From NCBI GenBank assembly GCA_002633005.1, contig NMRA01000079.1, positions 572,102-636,101 of the forward strand: a DNA stretch of 64,000 nt, in the 5' to 3' direction. Both the position numbers and the translations under genes were made by a program. Positions 1 through 11,932 of the stretch are shown here, piece by piece (within the stretch, counting starts at the first letter, position 1; each line of letters opens with the position of its first letter). The DNA comes from Phoronis australis (lineage: Eukaryota; Animalia; Phoronida). Below the pieces are notes generated by a model. That model was not told the DNA's origin and ran no database searches. It saw nothing but the letters and a program-made list of their open reading frames with translations.

Positions 1-2400
1 GACCAAAATTAAAGAATTTTAAAACTTTGCCAATAGAAGACCAAGATAAGGAGTCAAACGCCTTTTCAAAGTCCACCAGCACAAGTAAACCCGGTTTATT
101 AAACTGCTCAGTATACTGCATTAAGTCATAAGTCTGTCTTGTACTTTCTGCTCTGAAACGCCCAGAGGGGAAACCCTTTTGGTCACGGTGTATTAACTTT
201 TGTATTACAGAACGAACTCTTTGGGAAATAAAAGACGACAAAAGTTTGTTACTGATATTCAATAGAGAGATAGGCCTCCAATAATTTAGTTCTCGGTTTA
301 TTCCCTTTGGGTATGATGGAAATAACTCCCTGGAGTTGGGAGTTTGGAAGGAAGTCTCTTCTGAAACTTCTCTTCTGAAGTTCTTTTTGATCCTCAATTG
401 TTTCACCACTCAACGTTACCAATTTAGTAACTTTCTTATTGATAAAAGTACGTTTTTCCATATTACAAAAATACTTAGTAGGTTTTTAACCAACCTCCAC
501 CCATTTAGCCTTTGATCTCACCATCACACCTTTCATTTTTTTCGCTCTCATTGATTCAAGTTCATCCTGCAGATCAGACAGTCTTTTGTCCAATTCAGCG
601 GATGGGCTACTTTGGTTTTGGGAGGTAGTGAAACTGATGAGAGATTCAATCTCTTTTTTCCGCTTGTTATGATTTTTCTTTTTGTGACAAATATAGGAAA
701 TAGTACGTGACCTGATATTCATGAGAATAACTTCTAGGAGAAAACAGTCATCTATGTCGGGGGAATCCGCATTGCCCGAGAGCGTATAGTTCACCTCCTT
801 AACTGTATTGACGTATTCTCTGTCTCTGAGAAGGGAATTGTTAAAGTGCCAGATACCTCGATCCCTCACAACTTTTGGGTTTTTCAACGAGAGGGAGATA
901 AGAGAATGATCTGTTCTATAGCCAGGTAGAATTTTGACGTCATCTGTGAGTGAAAGCAGTTCTTCAGAAATTACAAAGAAGTCCAATCGGGCCCTTTGTA
1001 CTGGATTCCTTCGTGTCCAAGTAAAAAACTTGTTGTCTGGATTCTACACTCTCCATGGGTCGACAAGGTTAAGTTTACTCTTTAGGTTGAGGACTTCCTT
1101 AGAGGCATTTACATTATTTTGCCTTTTGTACCCTTGACAATCGTTGTCATAACTTTGTACAAGATTCCAGTCACCACATTCAATTATGAATTCAGAGTTA
1201 AAAATCCGAAATAATTTTCTCAACATTTTTGTAGAAATCTGGGTGGTCTCTATTTGGACCGTACAAATTTATCAGTGATACTAGATAATTATTTTCGATC
1301 AAGACTTCCGTGGCAACCAGATTACCATCCGAATCTATTTTTGGACTTCACTTCAAATTTAAAGTTATTATTAAAAAGAATGCACACACCACGCGAGTCT
1401 CGTCTTCCTGGGCTCATCAATATATCATATCCCCAGGTGGAACGAACTAAATTCGTTTCTTCTTTGGTGAAGTGAGTGTCCTGGGGGCAGCTAATACAAC
1501 ACTTTTTTTTTCTGAGAAAGTGGAACACATCTCTGCGTTTTGTTAAGTCTCCTAGGCCTCTACAATTCATTGTGGCAAAGCTAACCATAATCCAGTTGAT
1601 ACTGAGCCGTGCTAATTTCCTTGACTAAAACCTGAGTAAATGAAATCACTGTACCGACACCAACAACTATGAGACCGAGCGTTGTAGGACACAAATTTCA
1701 CAATTATGGGGCGCTTATTGGTACAGGCTGAATCTTTTCTACCCAGTCGATGGCTGCGACTAATGTCAGACTTTTGGGTGGCGAGGCTCCCATTTTTTGC
1801 GCAAGCGAGATCACAATATCGTCGGCGTTTTCTCCGTCTGTTTCTGTTACTCCATTGATAATCAAGCAGTTTCGCCGGCTATGTTGTTGCAGTTCGTCCA
1901 TTTCATTCTCCTGTTTTTGTGCTCGTCGCTCGACCACTTCTTTGAATACCGAGAGTTGATTTTCCAGGGAGTTTCTTTGTTTGTCCTTTTCTTCAAGCTT
2001 TTTGCCGTATTCCAACTCTAAGGCCTTGTAAATCTAATCCCTCATATCCTCTATTAAAGGTTTCAGTAGACCTCTGAACATAAATTGGATTTCACCGTCC
2101 ATCAAGGCTTCCTTGAGGTCATCTTTCAGTGAAAGCTTTGACGCTTTGTCGCTGACCTGTTTTTCCTTCGTCAAAATGGCTTCCATGGTAGGGTGCTTCA
2201 GTGATTTTAAACAAGATGACTTTCGAAGTTCCTCAGTGTCCTTACTAGGCATACGCTTCCTACCCTGTTTTGTCTTCTCTTTGGTTTTACCACTCATGTG
2301 TAGCTGATTTGAAGATGTTTATCCCGTCAGTTTAGATATTTCTGCATAATTAGTAGGGAGACTTGGGGAGTGTCAGAAATTCGACCTTCCCGCCATCATG
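1..2400 (-). mobile_element. Degenerate L1/Tx1-clade LINE retrotransposon (ORF1 plus ORF2 endonuclease and start of RT), continuing past the left edge
   Basis: ORF1 pieces at 2034-2297 and 1704-2015 (coiled coil, then RRNCLIINGVTE). APE endonuclease motifs in frameshifted pieces: TMNCRGL..QDTH (1322-1588), GDWN (1044-1226), TDHS and IWHFNNSLL (486-986), VRSKAKWVE. RT start: ISIIPKG (249-461) and LVDFEKAFDSLSW at ~45-90. Multiple frameshifts and an apparent internal deletion. A GATGGCG motif near 2391-2397 marks the likely 5' end. Confidence 0.9.
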
Positions 2401-2647
2401 ACGTCATCCCACAAAATCACCCCGTGAATCTTAGCAAATGGTACTCATTCTCAAAAATTTGAGCCCCCCCATTTTCTAGGCTGAGTGCGTGCATGTGATC
2501 GGCCAAATTTGGAGATTTGTAAGGCCCTACATAATATTAATCATTCAAAAATCGTGTGTCAGTGCTGTACCTCAGGCTAATTGTGTGGTACACGTGATTC
2601 TTCATTAAAACCAAGTATAACGAGCTGGGTAGCCTAATATTGCGTTT

Positions 2648-2653
2648 TTTATT
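2648..2653 (-). terminator. Putative polyadenylation signal AATAAA of FABP paralog 1
   Basis: AATAAA on minus, ~96 nt after the stop. Same spacing and AATCAAATAAA context as in paralog 2. Confidence 0.65.
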
Positions 2654-2748
2654 TGATTTAAATTTCCAAAGGGTAATATTAGTTGAAGCTAAGTGTTGAG
2701 AATTATCAATTCCGCAGTCTCGTCGAACTTCTGGTGAAAGCCGTCTAC

Positions 2749-5700
2749 TTAGCATTTCTGTAGCACAGCTTTGCAGGTGACGCCGTTACAGGAGCTGGTC
2801 TGGAATGGAAAAAGTGGTATGTGAGCAAACAGTGGCAAAGAGTTCAAGACAATTAGACTGCACTGAAGCCGTATATCTAGTTGCGTGTATAACGTACTAA
2901 GTTCTACCGCGTGGTGGAATCCTGACAATCGGTCCGGGGGGACACTCAAAAAAATTCAGTCGTGAGCAGCACTTCCGTACTAAGAATGTGTTTCCAAGTA
3001 ATCTAGTTCGTTAGCTTGTTTCACTGATCTCCCAGTCATTATTGATGTCTAAGTAAATTGTGATGAACAACGTAAACAAAAAACAAGCACAATAAAATAA
3101 ACACGAGCAGTGCGAAGCGTTACGACGAAGCGTTGAAATGCACCCAGGACTGAACCGCAAACAGTTGCTATGCTTCTATTGTTGGCCAAATTCGTGAACG
3201 TTAGGCATGTAAATTCCTTGCGTAAATTCATGCTTTTTAGTGGCATAAGTTAACTATTAAGGGCGTAAATTAAATATTTGCGAGGTAAATTAATTTTTAA
3301 TAATGCAAGCTAATTATTTGCGGCGTAAATTAAGTTTTAACGTCGTAAAGTAATTATTCATTTGCGGCATAAAAAAGTACGCAATTTACGCATTATGTTA
3401 CCAATGTATAAAACAGATTAGTTAAAGCTGGCTGAGAAATATGTCTTTAATAACTCGCTAAATCTATAACAATCATTTGCGAGTTCTCTTATTGCATTTG
3501 TCCTGGAGCTCTATCAAGTTCTCATCCTTAGCATAGCATCTAGCTGACGGCAAAATGATTCAAACTCACCATGTTCATTGTTGCCCCGTCGATCACTTTG
3601 CAAATAGTCAGCACATTTCCGTTGGGCATTTTATGCCTTTCCTCCCACTTGCCGCCATTAAAAGAGTGAGTCGTCTGTGAAGCAGAACACATATACGTGA
3701 TTTTTGCATGGAATCGTCAAAACTTGTAGGCCTCACAGCAGTACACTTGGACTTTTTATTGTTCAGTCTGTGTGCATCGTCCAAGGCCTTCAGAGAGCGA
3801 ATACATTTTGCATAGTCCTATTGCTCTCAAAAAGTAAAGTTTGATTTAGGCCACTGAGGCTGGCGTTATAAAATTGGTTTATACTTGTTGCTTACTAAGA
3901 CGTGGAGTACTTTTTGTCTGGCAAAGAAATGAAAAAAAATATTAGTTTTTTGTTATTATTTGCTCATTATTTATTCGTCTACTATAATTCATTATTCATT
4001 GACTATATATTGGTTATTTGTTTATTTATTTATTATGTATTCATTATTTGTTCATTGTTGATTTATTATTTGCTCATTACTTATTAAAGATGCGATATCT
4101 CATTAAAACCACTGGTTTCCGGCACACTGGAGGTCACGGAGTTGTTTGTAAATTAGTACTTCATTTGTATATTCACAATTTAATGAGACTATAAATCTTT
4201 AAGTACTTATTATTTATTGCATGCAAGCACTCTCAATCAAACTATATTTCCCAAGACCCCGCGCGCGTTAATTAGCGGCGGCAGATTTAAGGGTGCAGGA
4301 TCGACGCACCCCTCCCTCCAACCGATCCGACCAAAGAAAAACCAAAAATGCCATGGGCATGCTGTACATGGTCATTTTCCCTAGATCCACTAATCTGCAT
4401 TCGCACTCGGCTAAATCACAATCAAGGTCCATATTCGAGAGTTGACTGTGTTACGGTCTAAAATGAATTTTTGGTCACTTACCAAATGCCAACTGAATCT
4501 CATATGCAAAGTTATTTAGTTGTGCAAATTAAAAAAGAATCGTCAAAATCGGACAATGTCGTTTCAGACAGTTAACCCGGCGAAGTCAGACGAGTGCAGC
4601 AAATGAAATCGAAAGATGAAATATATATACCTCGATTGCTGTTCCGTCCTGTCCTTCGAAACGTTTAGGTTTTCCAAGCTCGAACGTAGAGCTACAGTTG
4701 CCCGTGGTACACTGAAATTACAATCAAACGACTTTGCTGAAAACGCGACTGACAGCTGGATAGTTAGCGAAACGGAATCATGAGATCGACTGTGGTGATC
4801 GATGAGGTAACATCATTTCCAAAATGTATCGGTCAATTTGCACCAACTACTAGCTTATTTACATTAGCTCGACGTTTCGGTCGGTGATTAATCATCCGGC
4901 CATCTTTAGGTGCTACAGCGTTTTTAGAAGAACGAGCACAAGTGTAGCCTTTGCAGTGGCGGATTTAGGGGGGGGGGTCAAGGGGGCCATGCTCCCCTAA
5001 AATTCTCCCACATTACATTTGGCAATTCGAGGGTGCGAATGCCTGACGGGCAAAATCCTGGCTACTACTCTGTCTTGGCCCCCCTTAACTCAAAATCCTG
5101 GATCCGCCTCTGCTATGATACACTCCTTTAGATTGTCAGTCTAGTACTCTAACTACAACAACACCAAATGTACTCAGGAGTGAATGCCCACGGGCCACGC
5201 ACCATGGGGAATAAGGGTTGCTAGTAGTCCCTACTTTTTGAGCAACTATACAAAAATCTGAGAAATCATTTAATTGCGTGTGTTTAATACAATAAAGAAA
5301 TCTTTACACCTCTTGTTTTTATAAAAACTGTCCAAAGAAATATATGCACATTTGCTTGCCTGCCCGGCAAAAAATCTATAATTGTAGCCAGTGTAGGCAG
5401 TGTTTTCGCGGGTGGTCATGAGCGGAAAGGTGTGCTGGTCCACCTCAAACTGCAGTAGCATTGCCGGCACGACAAACCGACAAAAAGTGCAATCGTCTAG
5501 GTTGGCAAAGAGGTGCGTGTGTACACATCTCGTGACACAAGCAGTGGCGTGTTTATGAGCACGTTCTCTTATTTATTCATTCCTCTGTTAGCTCGTCGAG
5601 AGTGCGAAGCGCCAAGATGTCAAGGAAGGTGAAGACTACGGGTTTTAGTCGTTTACGACATATTGAAACGGCCCCGATATCAGCTGCAATAGACACGTGA

Positions 5701-8700
5701 CAAAAACTTGAACTGTCGCTCAAAAAATGCATAGTCCAGTGCAACAGTGATGTTAATAACACGTGTGGAAATAATCCAGAGTTGCACTGACTATTCTGGT
5801 GCAAAAGCCATCTACTTTTGCGACACTTTGTTATTGACACTCTTTGGGATTGGGTGTGAAAGATAATGTCGCAGGCAACGACTTGACATCCAACACAATG
5901 GCAACAGTTAAGAAATTGGTAAGTATTTGAGTTCAAAGACAACAAAGAAGAAGACGCGGCAATTACAGTGAGCGGGGCTCTTATTTTTTTGCCAGCAAGA
6001 TGGACAGTTAATGACGCCGTATGTTATAAACGTGCGTAAGTTGTTACAAATGAATGTGCTGTTGGGAACTCGGGAATTTTGGTTATCACAAAGGTTTGAT
6101 ACCGAGGTACGCTCAAAAGTCTTTGGTTGCGTTAGCCAAATGAAGTTGTTTGGGAAAACTATCAGATATGATGAGACAGCCTTCAACGCGTAGTTCCACG
6201 ATACTCAAGCAAGTCGTTTCAATATCTTGGTGGAACCCGAAGTATCTAAAAAACGAAGAGCATCAGCTCGTTTTTAAGACGGTTTAGCCAAACCAGAGTC
6301 CCTAGTATTGCCACGGGATCATTATAACGATTTTATTTTGAATTAATTGATCAACTTATTTCATATTCGAGCCAACTGCATTCTCAATGACACAGATTGT
6401 GTTGTAAGCATCTCAAGGGGTTTCGTTGGCAATGTAAACTGAGTAAGGAAAATAGTGAGATCAATTGTATAGCGACAGCCAAGTACAGTAACCTAAAATA
6501 TCTCAATTTTGGCAGAAAGCATGCGCACGGTTTTAATACCGCTGAACGTCAACTAAATTTGACTGAATAATAGGCAAACCTTTTTTAAGACGAGAACTTT
6601 CGTCATATTATATTCCTCACTAATTCATTGTAAGGCAAAACAATTAAAGCACGAGAATACTAATGTGCCTACTATCACATGGGCGGGGCAGCGCTGAAAA
6701 AAAGTTTGGGAGGGGGGCTAAAGCCTCCTCAGCTCCCCTGTGGTGCACCGCCTATAGACCATGTGCGGCGTCGCACTGAAAACAGTGGGGGAATATAGCC
6801 CCCCCCCAGCTCCCTATGGTGCGCCGCCCATGTATCAGTACAAGTCAACTAACTAAATTCAGAACCGGTTCGTGATTAGAACTAGCAGTTACACAAGCAA
6901 ATTTTTGCTTCTAACTTTCGAAACTTGAAGCAGGACAAAGAACCTCACTGCAGTTTTAAAACATTCTTCATGCTTCCTGCTTCAAACCTTCAAGCAAAAG
7001 TTGCAAAACCATGACTATTCTCTCCAGCAGTGTTGGGGCTGCCTGTGATTTGTAACAGTTCATTTGAAAACTTACTTACTTGACGTGTGACGGTGAGATT
7101 AGTACCACTAAGGGAATACGTCTGGCTGGGTTTGGTCGCCTTTATGGAGGCCGCCTTATCCTCGGAAACACCTTGGAGGAGAAAATCGGTAATTTTACTT
7201 AACCGGGAGTTAACAATATTCGTACGTAGTTCAGCTGGGTTGCAAGATTCTTTTAAAAGTAATCCTCTGGAATTAGTCAACGTTACATACATGTATGCAA
7301 ATATAGGTGTATAGGGTGTAATAAGCTATAAACACGCGTATATCTTAATACAAAACAAAGGCCGAGCGCAGGTAACGAGTAGGATTGGCTCAGTAATTAT
7401 GTCTAACATCAATCCCAATGGCGTCCACATCAATCAGATTTAAGTCAGACATAAACGATAATGCCTGATGTAAAATAACTTATGTCAGACATAATATCGC
7501 ATATAATTCACTAATGCTAACCATAATCCTATTTACATCAGATATTGTTAATAGACATTATCATTCTATTTATATCAAAATACAACTAGGTACCACTTAG
7601 CCTTGGTGGAAAGCTGTATACTAAATATACAACTTTGCGCCGATGTGGGTAAAAAATGACCACCTAAAATCCTCAAAACTAGTATCATTAAAAACCGCAC
7701 TCTCCATTGAGTAAACGAAGCTATTTACCGATGTTGAAAAAAGTGGCGTCCTACCGTTATTCTGCTGCTAAAGTTGTGGAGCGATCTTTTGTGTCGGGTT
7801 TCAGCGCCTTGAAAATTGTGTCACCTATTGGCCAGTTTCTTTTTCCCGATTCTTCAATGAATTGTTTTTCTTCCATGAGGTTGCGTACATGACACGCAGC
7901 ATGTTATCGGAACTGGTTTCATTTTGTTACATTTTTAGCATTTTAGTTCATGGGCGGCGCAGCACTGAAATAAGTGTGTGTGTGTGTGTGGGGGGGGGGG
8001 CGAAGGTCCGCCGCACATGTATAAATACCAGCAGACCCAGTTTCAGAACTAAATTTGCTGCTGCACAGCTGTCATCGCCTCCCGAGAAATATTATCAAAC
8101 ATTTTTAGGATTTTCAAAACGACGACAGGGTTCACTTCAAACAGCAGGTACAGTAAGTGTCGGTGGACTCTCATATTTTGTATACACCCCCGCCGTTTGT
8201 TAGCTCCAGGTGTCGATATAAGTTTAATGACGATGTTACGAGCAGAACTACTAGGGCTGTATGAAATTTCGGAATCTGACGGAGGTCAACCTAGCTGTCA
8301 TTTTGACGATAGTCTTCATACAGCCAGCCGGTGGCTGGTAGCCAGCTAATAACTAGAAAAGTTATGTCGTCGTTTTCAAAACAGTACGCGCACGCGCCAG
8401 TTCCTAAATTTCGTGCGACATCTCTCAGGAGATGATGATAGGTTTTTAGTAGCAAAACTTCTTCTGAAATTGGTTTTTTGGTATCAAAATTCTATACGCT
8501 TGTTACTAAATGAAACCAGTTCCGATAATTTGTTTTGACATCTACGCAACTTCGTGGAAGAAGTACAGTTTATTGAAGAATAGGCGCCATTTCCTAAGTT
8601 TTTGCGACATCTCTCGGGAGATGATCTGATAGCTTGGCAGCAGAAAAAATCTTCTGAATTTCGGTTTTTCGGTATCAAATTTCTAAAAACTTATAATGAC

Positions 8701-10716
8701 GTGAAACCAGTTACGATAATTTGTTGTGACGTGTACGCAACCTCGTCAAAGAACAACAGTTGATTGACGAATCGGCGAAAAACTTAAGAAACTGGCCAAT
8801 AGGTGACGCAACATTTCATGGCGCCGAAAGTCGTCGCTAAAGATCATTTCACAACTTCAGCAGCAAACTAATGGTAGAACGCCATTTTTTCCAACACAAA
8901 TAAAAATTCAGTGTACACAAGGAAGACTGTAGTTTTTAATGATACTAATTTTGTGTCAGATTTTATCTTACCACTGTTTTACCCACATCGGCGCAAAGCC
9001 GTATATTTACTATATAGCTTCGCGCCAAGGCTACCTGGCTCTGTGAAATTTCGGGTCTAACGGATCTCAACACATAGTATAGCCTAGCCAGCCAGCTAGC
9101 TGTATGATGACTGTCGTCAAAATGCAGCTAGGTCCCACTGCGTGTATTTCTTCCGTAGACCCCAAAATTGCACACAGCCAGGGTAGTTCTGCTCGTCACC
9201 GCGCCGTGAAACTTGTATCAAAATGTACATGTAAAGCTAAAGACCGGACGGGGTGCATGCAAAATCTGGGAATCAACCGACACTCACCTTGCCCGTTACA
9301 GCCGTGAAAAACAATGCAATAAACGTCATTTTCTTGCGTAACTCTCCGCCTTTTCTAACAATGAAAAGTATGTCGTCGTTTTGAAAACAGTACGCTCGTG
9401 TCACGCGCACGCGCCATTTCCTAAATTTTCGCGACAACTTCGGAGAAGAAAAATTTCTTCTGAAATTCGGTTTTTCGGTATCGAAATTCTAAAAAATTGA
9501 AATGAAGTGATACCAGTTCCAATAATTTGTTGTGACGTGTACGCAAGCTTGTGAAAGAAGAGCAGTTGATTGAAGAATCAGCGAAAAAAGAAACTGGCCA
9601 ATAGGTGACGCAATATTTCATGGCGCCGAAAGCCGTCGCTAAAGATCGCTCCACCACTTTAGCAGCAGAATAACGGTAGAACGCCATTTTTCCAACACTG
9701 TTAAATAATTTTGTTTACTCAAGGAAGGCTGTAGTTTTTTTAATGACACTAATTTTGTGTCAGATTTTATCTTACCACTTTTTTACTCCCATCGGTGCAA
9801 AGCTGTATATTTATATACAGCTTTGTACCAAGGCTGATATATATATATATAAGTATAGCCTTGGTACAAAGCTATATACTAAATATAGAGCTTTGCGCTG
9901 ATGTGGGTAAAAGTGGTAAGGTAAAATCTGACACAAAATTAGTATCATTAAAAGCTACAGTCTTCCTTGAGTAAATTATTTAACGGTGTTGGAAAAAATG
10001 GCGTTTATTCTGGTGCTAAAGTTGTGGAGCGATCTTTAGCGATGGCTTTCGGCACCATGAAATATTGCGTCATCTATTGGCCTGTTTCTATTCAATCAAC
10101 TGTTGTTCTTTCACGAGGTTGCGTACACAACACAAATAATTGTTGTTACTGGTTTCACTTCATAATAAGTTTTTAGAATTTCGATACAGAAAAACCGAAT
10201 TTCAGAACAACTTTTTCTGCTGCAAAGTTGTCGCAAAAATTTAGGAAATGGCGCGTGCGCGTGACACAAGCGCACTGTTTTCAAAACGACAACATACTAT
10301 TCATTGTTACAAAAAATTCGAGAATGACTCAAGAAAATGACGCTTGTTGTATTGTTTATCACTCAAACGGTTGTAACGGGCAAGGTGAGTGTCGAGTGAT
10401 TCCCAGATTTTGCATGCACCTCGTCCGGTCTTTAGCTCTACATGTTGCTACAGGTTTCACGGCGAGCTGACGAGCAGAACTACCCTGGCTCTGTGCAATT
10501 TCGGGGTCTATGGAAGAAAAACACACAGTGATAGTCTTCATACAGCTAGCTGGCTGGCTACACAAAATGGTACCTAGTTGTATTTTGACGATATCTTCAT
10601 ACAACTACATGCAGCTTTCTGGCTAGTTGGTTGGTTACCTTACCCAGAGCTTTTATCAATTCATCTTCGTTGTCACCAACGCTAACAAATTTCCATGTAC
10701 CGACGATGGCATCCAT
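2749..10716 (-). CDS. Fatty acid-binding protein / intracellular lipid-binding protein, paralog 1 (133 aa, 5 exons)
   Basis: Exons (minus): 10644-10716 (73 nt), 7080-7171 (92), 4631-4711 (81), 3570-3674 (105), 2749-2799 (51). All introns GT-AG, phases consistent. Protein: MDAIVGTWKFVSVGDNEDELIKALGVSEDKAASIKATKPSQTYSLSGTNLTVTRQCTTGNCSSTFELGKPKRFEGQDGTAIETTHSFNGGKWEERHKMPNGNVLTICKVIDGATMNMTSSCNGVTCKAVLQKC. It has the GTW motif, FELG, and the classic FABP 73-nt first exon. Confidence 0.9.
3950..4087. repeat. AT-rich low-complexity (TTATTCATT-like) tract
   Basis: Degenerate ttattcatt/ttattt units. Confidence 0.6.
4954..5112 (+). mobile_element. ~160-bp hAT-like MITE, copy 1
   Basis: Termini CAGTGGCGGA...TCCGCCTCTG. 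Flanks CTTTG/CTATG (5 bp, 1 mismatch). An inverted homolog lies at 17612-17771. Confidence 0.75.
5398..6750 (+). pseudogene. Decayed hAT (ZMYM1-like) transposase relic in FABP1 intron 2
   Basis: Frameshifted fragments PARWTV (cf. CPTRWTV), FDTEVRSKVFGCVSQM, EPEVSKKRRASARF and RDHY..FYFELIDQLI match the order of motifs I recall for this hAT group. G-rich hAT-like terminal sequence at 6680-6755. Boundaries are approximate. Confidence 0.6.
6760..6832. mobile_element. Tiny hAT-like MITE (CATG(G/T)GCGG...CCGCCCATG); related copy at ~7949-8019
   Basis: Short terminal inverted repeats and a shared GCACTGAAA core in both copies. Confidence 0.5.
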
Positions 10717-11932
10717 GTCGACCGATAGCTTGAGTTGTTTCAAAAGCTGTCTGACGGCGTTTGCAGAGACGCGAAAGCTGCGTGCATTGGAACTCTGCAG
10801 CAAGCTCGCGGGTCATTTATCAAATTTACTGAGGCCACGTGACACTACTTGAGTTTTTTGTTAAAACACAACAGAAACTTTCTGCTATGTTGTTCGCATA
10901 ATTTCCCTGTTCAATGTTTTCTGATTAAATTGTTTGATATCCTCAATGAAATTCTGCGCCGTAGTTTGAATTCCGCTCCAAAAACGAACGTTATATTGCT
11001 TTATTTTTTAACTTTTGGTTCCAGGTTTGGTCTTCAAAACTATTCTACTCAACAATGCAGAATCGTGTTCAGATTTTAACAGGGAAATGTCCGTGGATTG
11101 CACACAGTCCTGAACATGCCACCGTTTTACGTGTTAAAACACAGATGCGTAGCTAGCCAGCCAGCTAGCTGTACGAAGACTGTCGTCAAAATACAGCTAC
11201 ATGTAGGTCCCACTGCGTGTATTTCTTCCGTAGACAGTGAAATTGCACACAGCCAAGGTAGTTCTGCTCGTCACCGCGCCGTGAAACTTGTATCAACATG
11301 TAAAGCTAAAAACCGGACGGTGTGCATGCAAAATCTGGGAGTCAACCGACACTCACCTTTCCCGTTACAGCCGTTTAAGTGAAAAACAATGCAATAAACG
11401 TCATTGTCTTGTGTAACTCTCCGCCTTTCACTAACTATATAAAGTATTTCGTCGTTTTGAAAACAGTACGCTCGTGTCACGCGCACACGCCTTTACCTAA
11501 ATTTTTTGCGACATCTCTCGGGTGATGATGATAGCTTGGCAGCAGCAAAATTTCTTCTGAAATTCGATTTTTCGGTATCAAAATTCTAAAAACTTATAAT
11601 GAAGTGAAACCAGTTCTGATAAATTGTTGTGACGTGTACGCAAGCTCGTGAAAGAACAACAGTTGATTGAAGAATCGGCGAAAAAAGAAACTGGCCAATA
11701 GGTGACGCAATATTTCACGGCGCCGAAAGCCGTCGCTAAAGATCGCTCCACAACTTTAGCAGCAGAATAACGGTAGAACGCCATTTTTGCCAAAACCGTT
11801 AAATAATTTAGTTTACTCAAGGAAGATTGTAGTTTTTAATGACATCAATTTTTTGTCAGATTTTATCTTGCCACTTTTTTACCCACATCGGTGCAAAGCT
11901 GTATATTTATATACAGCTTTGTACTAAGGCTA
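7598..11932. mobile_element. Cluster of a ~750-bp non-autonomous element (TAGCCT...AGGCTA ends) in FABP1 intron 1 and upstream region
   Basis: Approximate copies: 7598-7930 (rev, partial), 8240-8348 (rev head), 8360-9033 (fwd, partial), 9080-9836 (fwd), 9856-10560 (rev), 11150-11932 (fwd). The ORF track shows the same pseudo-peptides repeatedly (e.g. MAFYRYSAAKVVERSLA). Confidence 0.85.
10831..10841. promoter_or_regulatory. Conserved E-box element GAGGCCACGTG upstream of FABP1
   Basis: An identical 11-mer lies at 24196-24206, at a similar distance (~120 nt) upstream of the paralog 2 ATG. TTTTTTGTTAAAA lies just beyond it in both. Confidence 0.55.

Noticed and set aside
9104-11820. Recurring short ORFs (MAFYRYSAAKVVERS.., HSPCPLQP) as a peptide gene family
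   Set aside because: They are translations of the 750-bp repeat; frames and stops differ between copies.
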